Positions 35,291-37,110 of a stretch of DNA of 37,110 nt are shown here, one piece after another. The notes below the pieces were generated by a model, which had not been told where the DNA came from, made no database searches, and saw only the letters and a program-made list of their open reading frames with translations. The DNA comes from Psammoneis japonica. Lineage: Eukaryota. The stretch is from assembly GCA_008632985.1 (NCBI GenBank), contig QPGO01000184.1:124001-161110 (forward strand), given 5' to 3'. Within the stretch, counting starts at the first letter, position 1; each line of letters opens with the position of its first letter. The position numbers and the translations under genes are program-made.

Positions 35291-36950
35291 TGTTTGCAAA
35301 CAACCCATTCTCACATCTCAACATTGCATTTCTGTCTGACTCAAGAATGGCGTTTTGCTGCTGGCTCAAACATGTTTTCTGAAGACACACTTTGGCCATT
35401 CCACACCTCCATTTGAGGCCAACAAGCAGCACAACCCAACGCTCCTCATCAGTGTTGGCTGCCATGCAATGAATCATTAAGCCTGAACCATTTTGAGTGA
35501 AAACAGAGGATGACGGACAAAGCAACCACTGGGGATGGGATGAAAAGGCTGGAGGACCAAGTGTGCATGAGGTCACAATGTTGATTCTGGCATGATGAAC
35601 AGCTGAATCTGCTCTCCAGAGACAAGTTTCTCAGTCCATTGCACCTCACTCAAGCAAAACAAATTCACTGCTTTGCGGAGAGTTCAGCCTCTCAGCTGCA
35701 ACAGGCACCCAAAAGCAGAATCCATGAAGTTCAATGCAGCAGCAGTGACCTCATGGACTCCACTGTGCTTTGCAAAAAGTGCACCCACAATGTTGCTTTC
35801 TTGGTGACATTGCCAGGTTTTCCTTGGAACGACCACTCTGATGGGACAAGGATTGCTGTGAGGTTCTTGCTTGTTTCTTTTAGCCCACCCCAAGAAAGTC
35901 ACCCACACCAAAAGCTCTGACACAACCTTGTCATCAGGCAGTGAAACAGAGCTTGTCATCTGGCAGCAAAACTCTTTTGAGAAGAAACACACAAATCCAA
36001 CCTTCCCTTTGGCATGTGCAGTGGGCAACAGCCAATCAAAATGCTCAAGGTGACAGCCTCGTTTTCCCTTGAAGCTCATGGCAAATGAACAAGTGCACTG
36101 TCAACCACTGACCTGAACATCATGCAGCAACTTCACTTTTTACTCTGGCTGCACATGGCGGTGCAAAAATGTTGTTCTGAAGTGAGATGCCATCCCACAT
36201 TTCGAAATGCAGTCATGTGCCAATCTTCATCGGAAGTGGGGATTTCTTGAATTCCTCGGAGCCTTCCTGGGGACAGGTTCGGTTGTCTTTGTGGCACCTT
36301 TGCATTGTTGACATTTCTCTTGGAAGGACCATGCTGATGGGACAAGGACCATGCATGAGGTTCTTTGCTTTCTTCTTCGGCTTCCAGCAATTCAGCTGGC
36401 ACCAAAGCGTGTGTTGCAACATCTCCCAAAGTCCTCCGAACTTGAAAATTGTGAAAGTTGCCTAGTCGGCAAGATGCAATCAACACCACAGTCTCGTTGG
36501 TGGCAAAAACAGTGTGGTTGAGCAATGCCAAGCACATGATGCATCAATGTGTGTCAAATGCAAGATGATGTGGCAGTTCAAAGTGCGTCAAAGATTTTTT
36601 ATGAGTGTGATGGGCCATTTTCGCATCCCACGTTTGTGGCCAATTTGTGGATCTCAAGATTCAAATTTGGTGCAGGCAAGCACATTGTGCATGCAAAGCA
36701 AGGTGTCAAGAGCATTGAAACAGCTTCATTGTTGTTGCAGAGACTGCTTTGTGTGGCGGGATCGACGCTATCGTCTCTGTTGTCATTTGCCAAAATGGCA
36801 CGTTGTCATCTGTCTGTGGCATGTTTCGCCTGCCTCAATTGAGGTAGATTTCACCACCTCAATTGAGGAAAGAACCCGGTGGACTCTAGTGGACACTGCC
36901 AGAGACACTCTCTAGAGAGCAGCTGGCAGTGGCAGCCATCTAGAAATGGC

Positions 36951-37029
36951 ATAGATTCCGTTTTTTTCTCATGCGTAGATTCCCTGTTTCTCATGCGTAG
37001 ATTCCCTTTTTCTCATGCGTAGATTCCCT
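36951..37029 (+). repeat. 22-bp tandem repeat, 3 copies plus a partial copy
   Basis: TTTCTCATGCGTAGATTCCCT at 36965, 36987 and 37009. Confidence 0.9.
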
Positions 37030-37110
37030 TTCATTTTCTCAAGGGTCGTCAAAAAATGCGGAAAGCTGAAGCCGATAGAGCCCTAGAGACCAGTAGCTAG
37101 CTACCAGTAG

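Noticed and set aside
28811..36915. Numerous Cys/His/Trp-rich ORFs (for example 29316-30329, 29072-29893, 34704-35576) as real genes
   Set aside because: They overlap in all frames, show no recognisable domains and are the expected by-product of TAA/TAG loss.
36951..37029. CRISPR array or telomeric repeat
   Set aside because: The units are adjacent with no unique spacers, there are only three copies, and the context is eukaryotic and internal.

Overview
Eukaryotic DNA, most likely a diatom (inferred from the CoDi-type Copia, the diatom-style Gypsy and a TPSP-repeat secreted protein). Two gene islands with normal base composition (RRP36 at 6650-7666 and a GACC-repeat secreted protein at about 25971-28146) sit between blocks of nested, decayed transposons. 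These blocks contain a Copia with 47-bp LTRs, a full-length Gypsy, a DIRS/Ngaro-like Gag ORF, three related TIR elements and host-gene fragments including beta-COP. The main signal is that the repeat blocks have lost nearly all TpA dinucleotides through TA->TG and TA->CA changes (A:T->G:C on both strands). Paired LTRs, a target-site duplication, paired MITE copies and Tyr->Cys/His changes in conserved RT motifs indicate this happened in genomic DNA after insertion, while the genes and one young insertion were spared. It looks like a repeat-targeted hypermutation running opposite to fungal RIP. Whether it has been described before needs a literature check.
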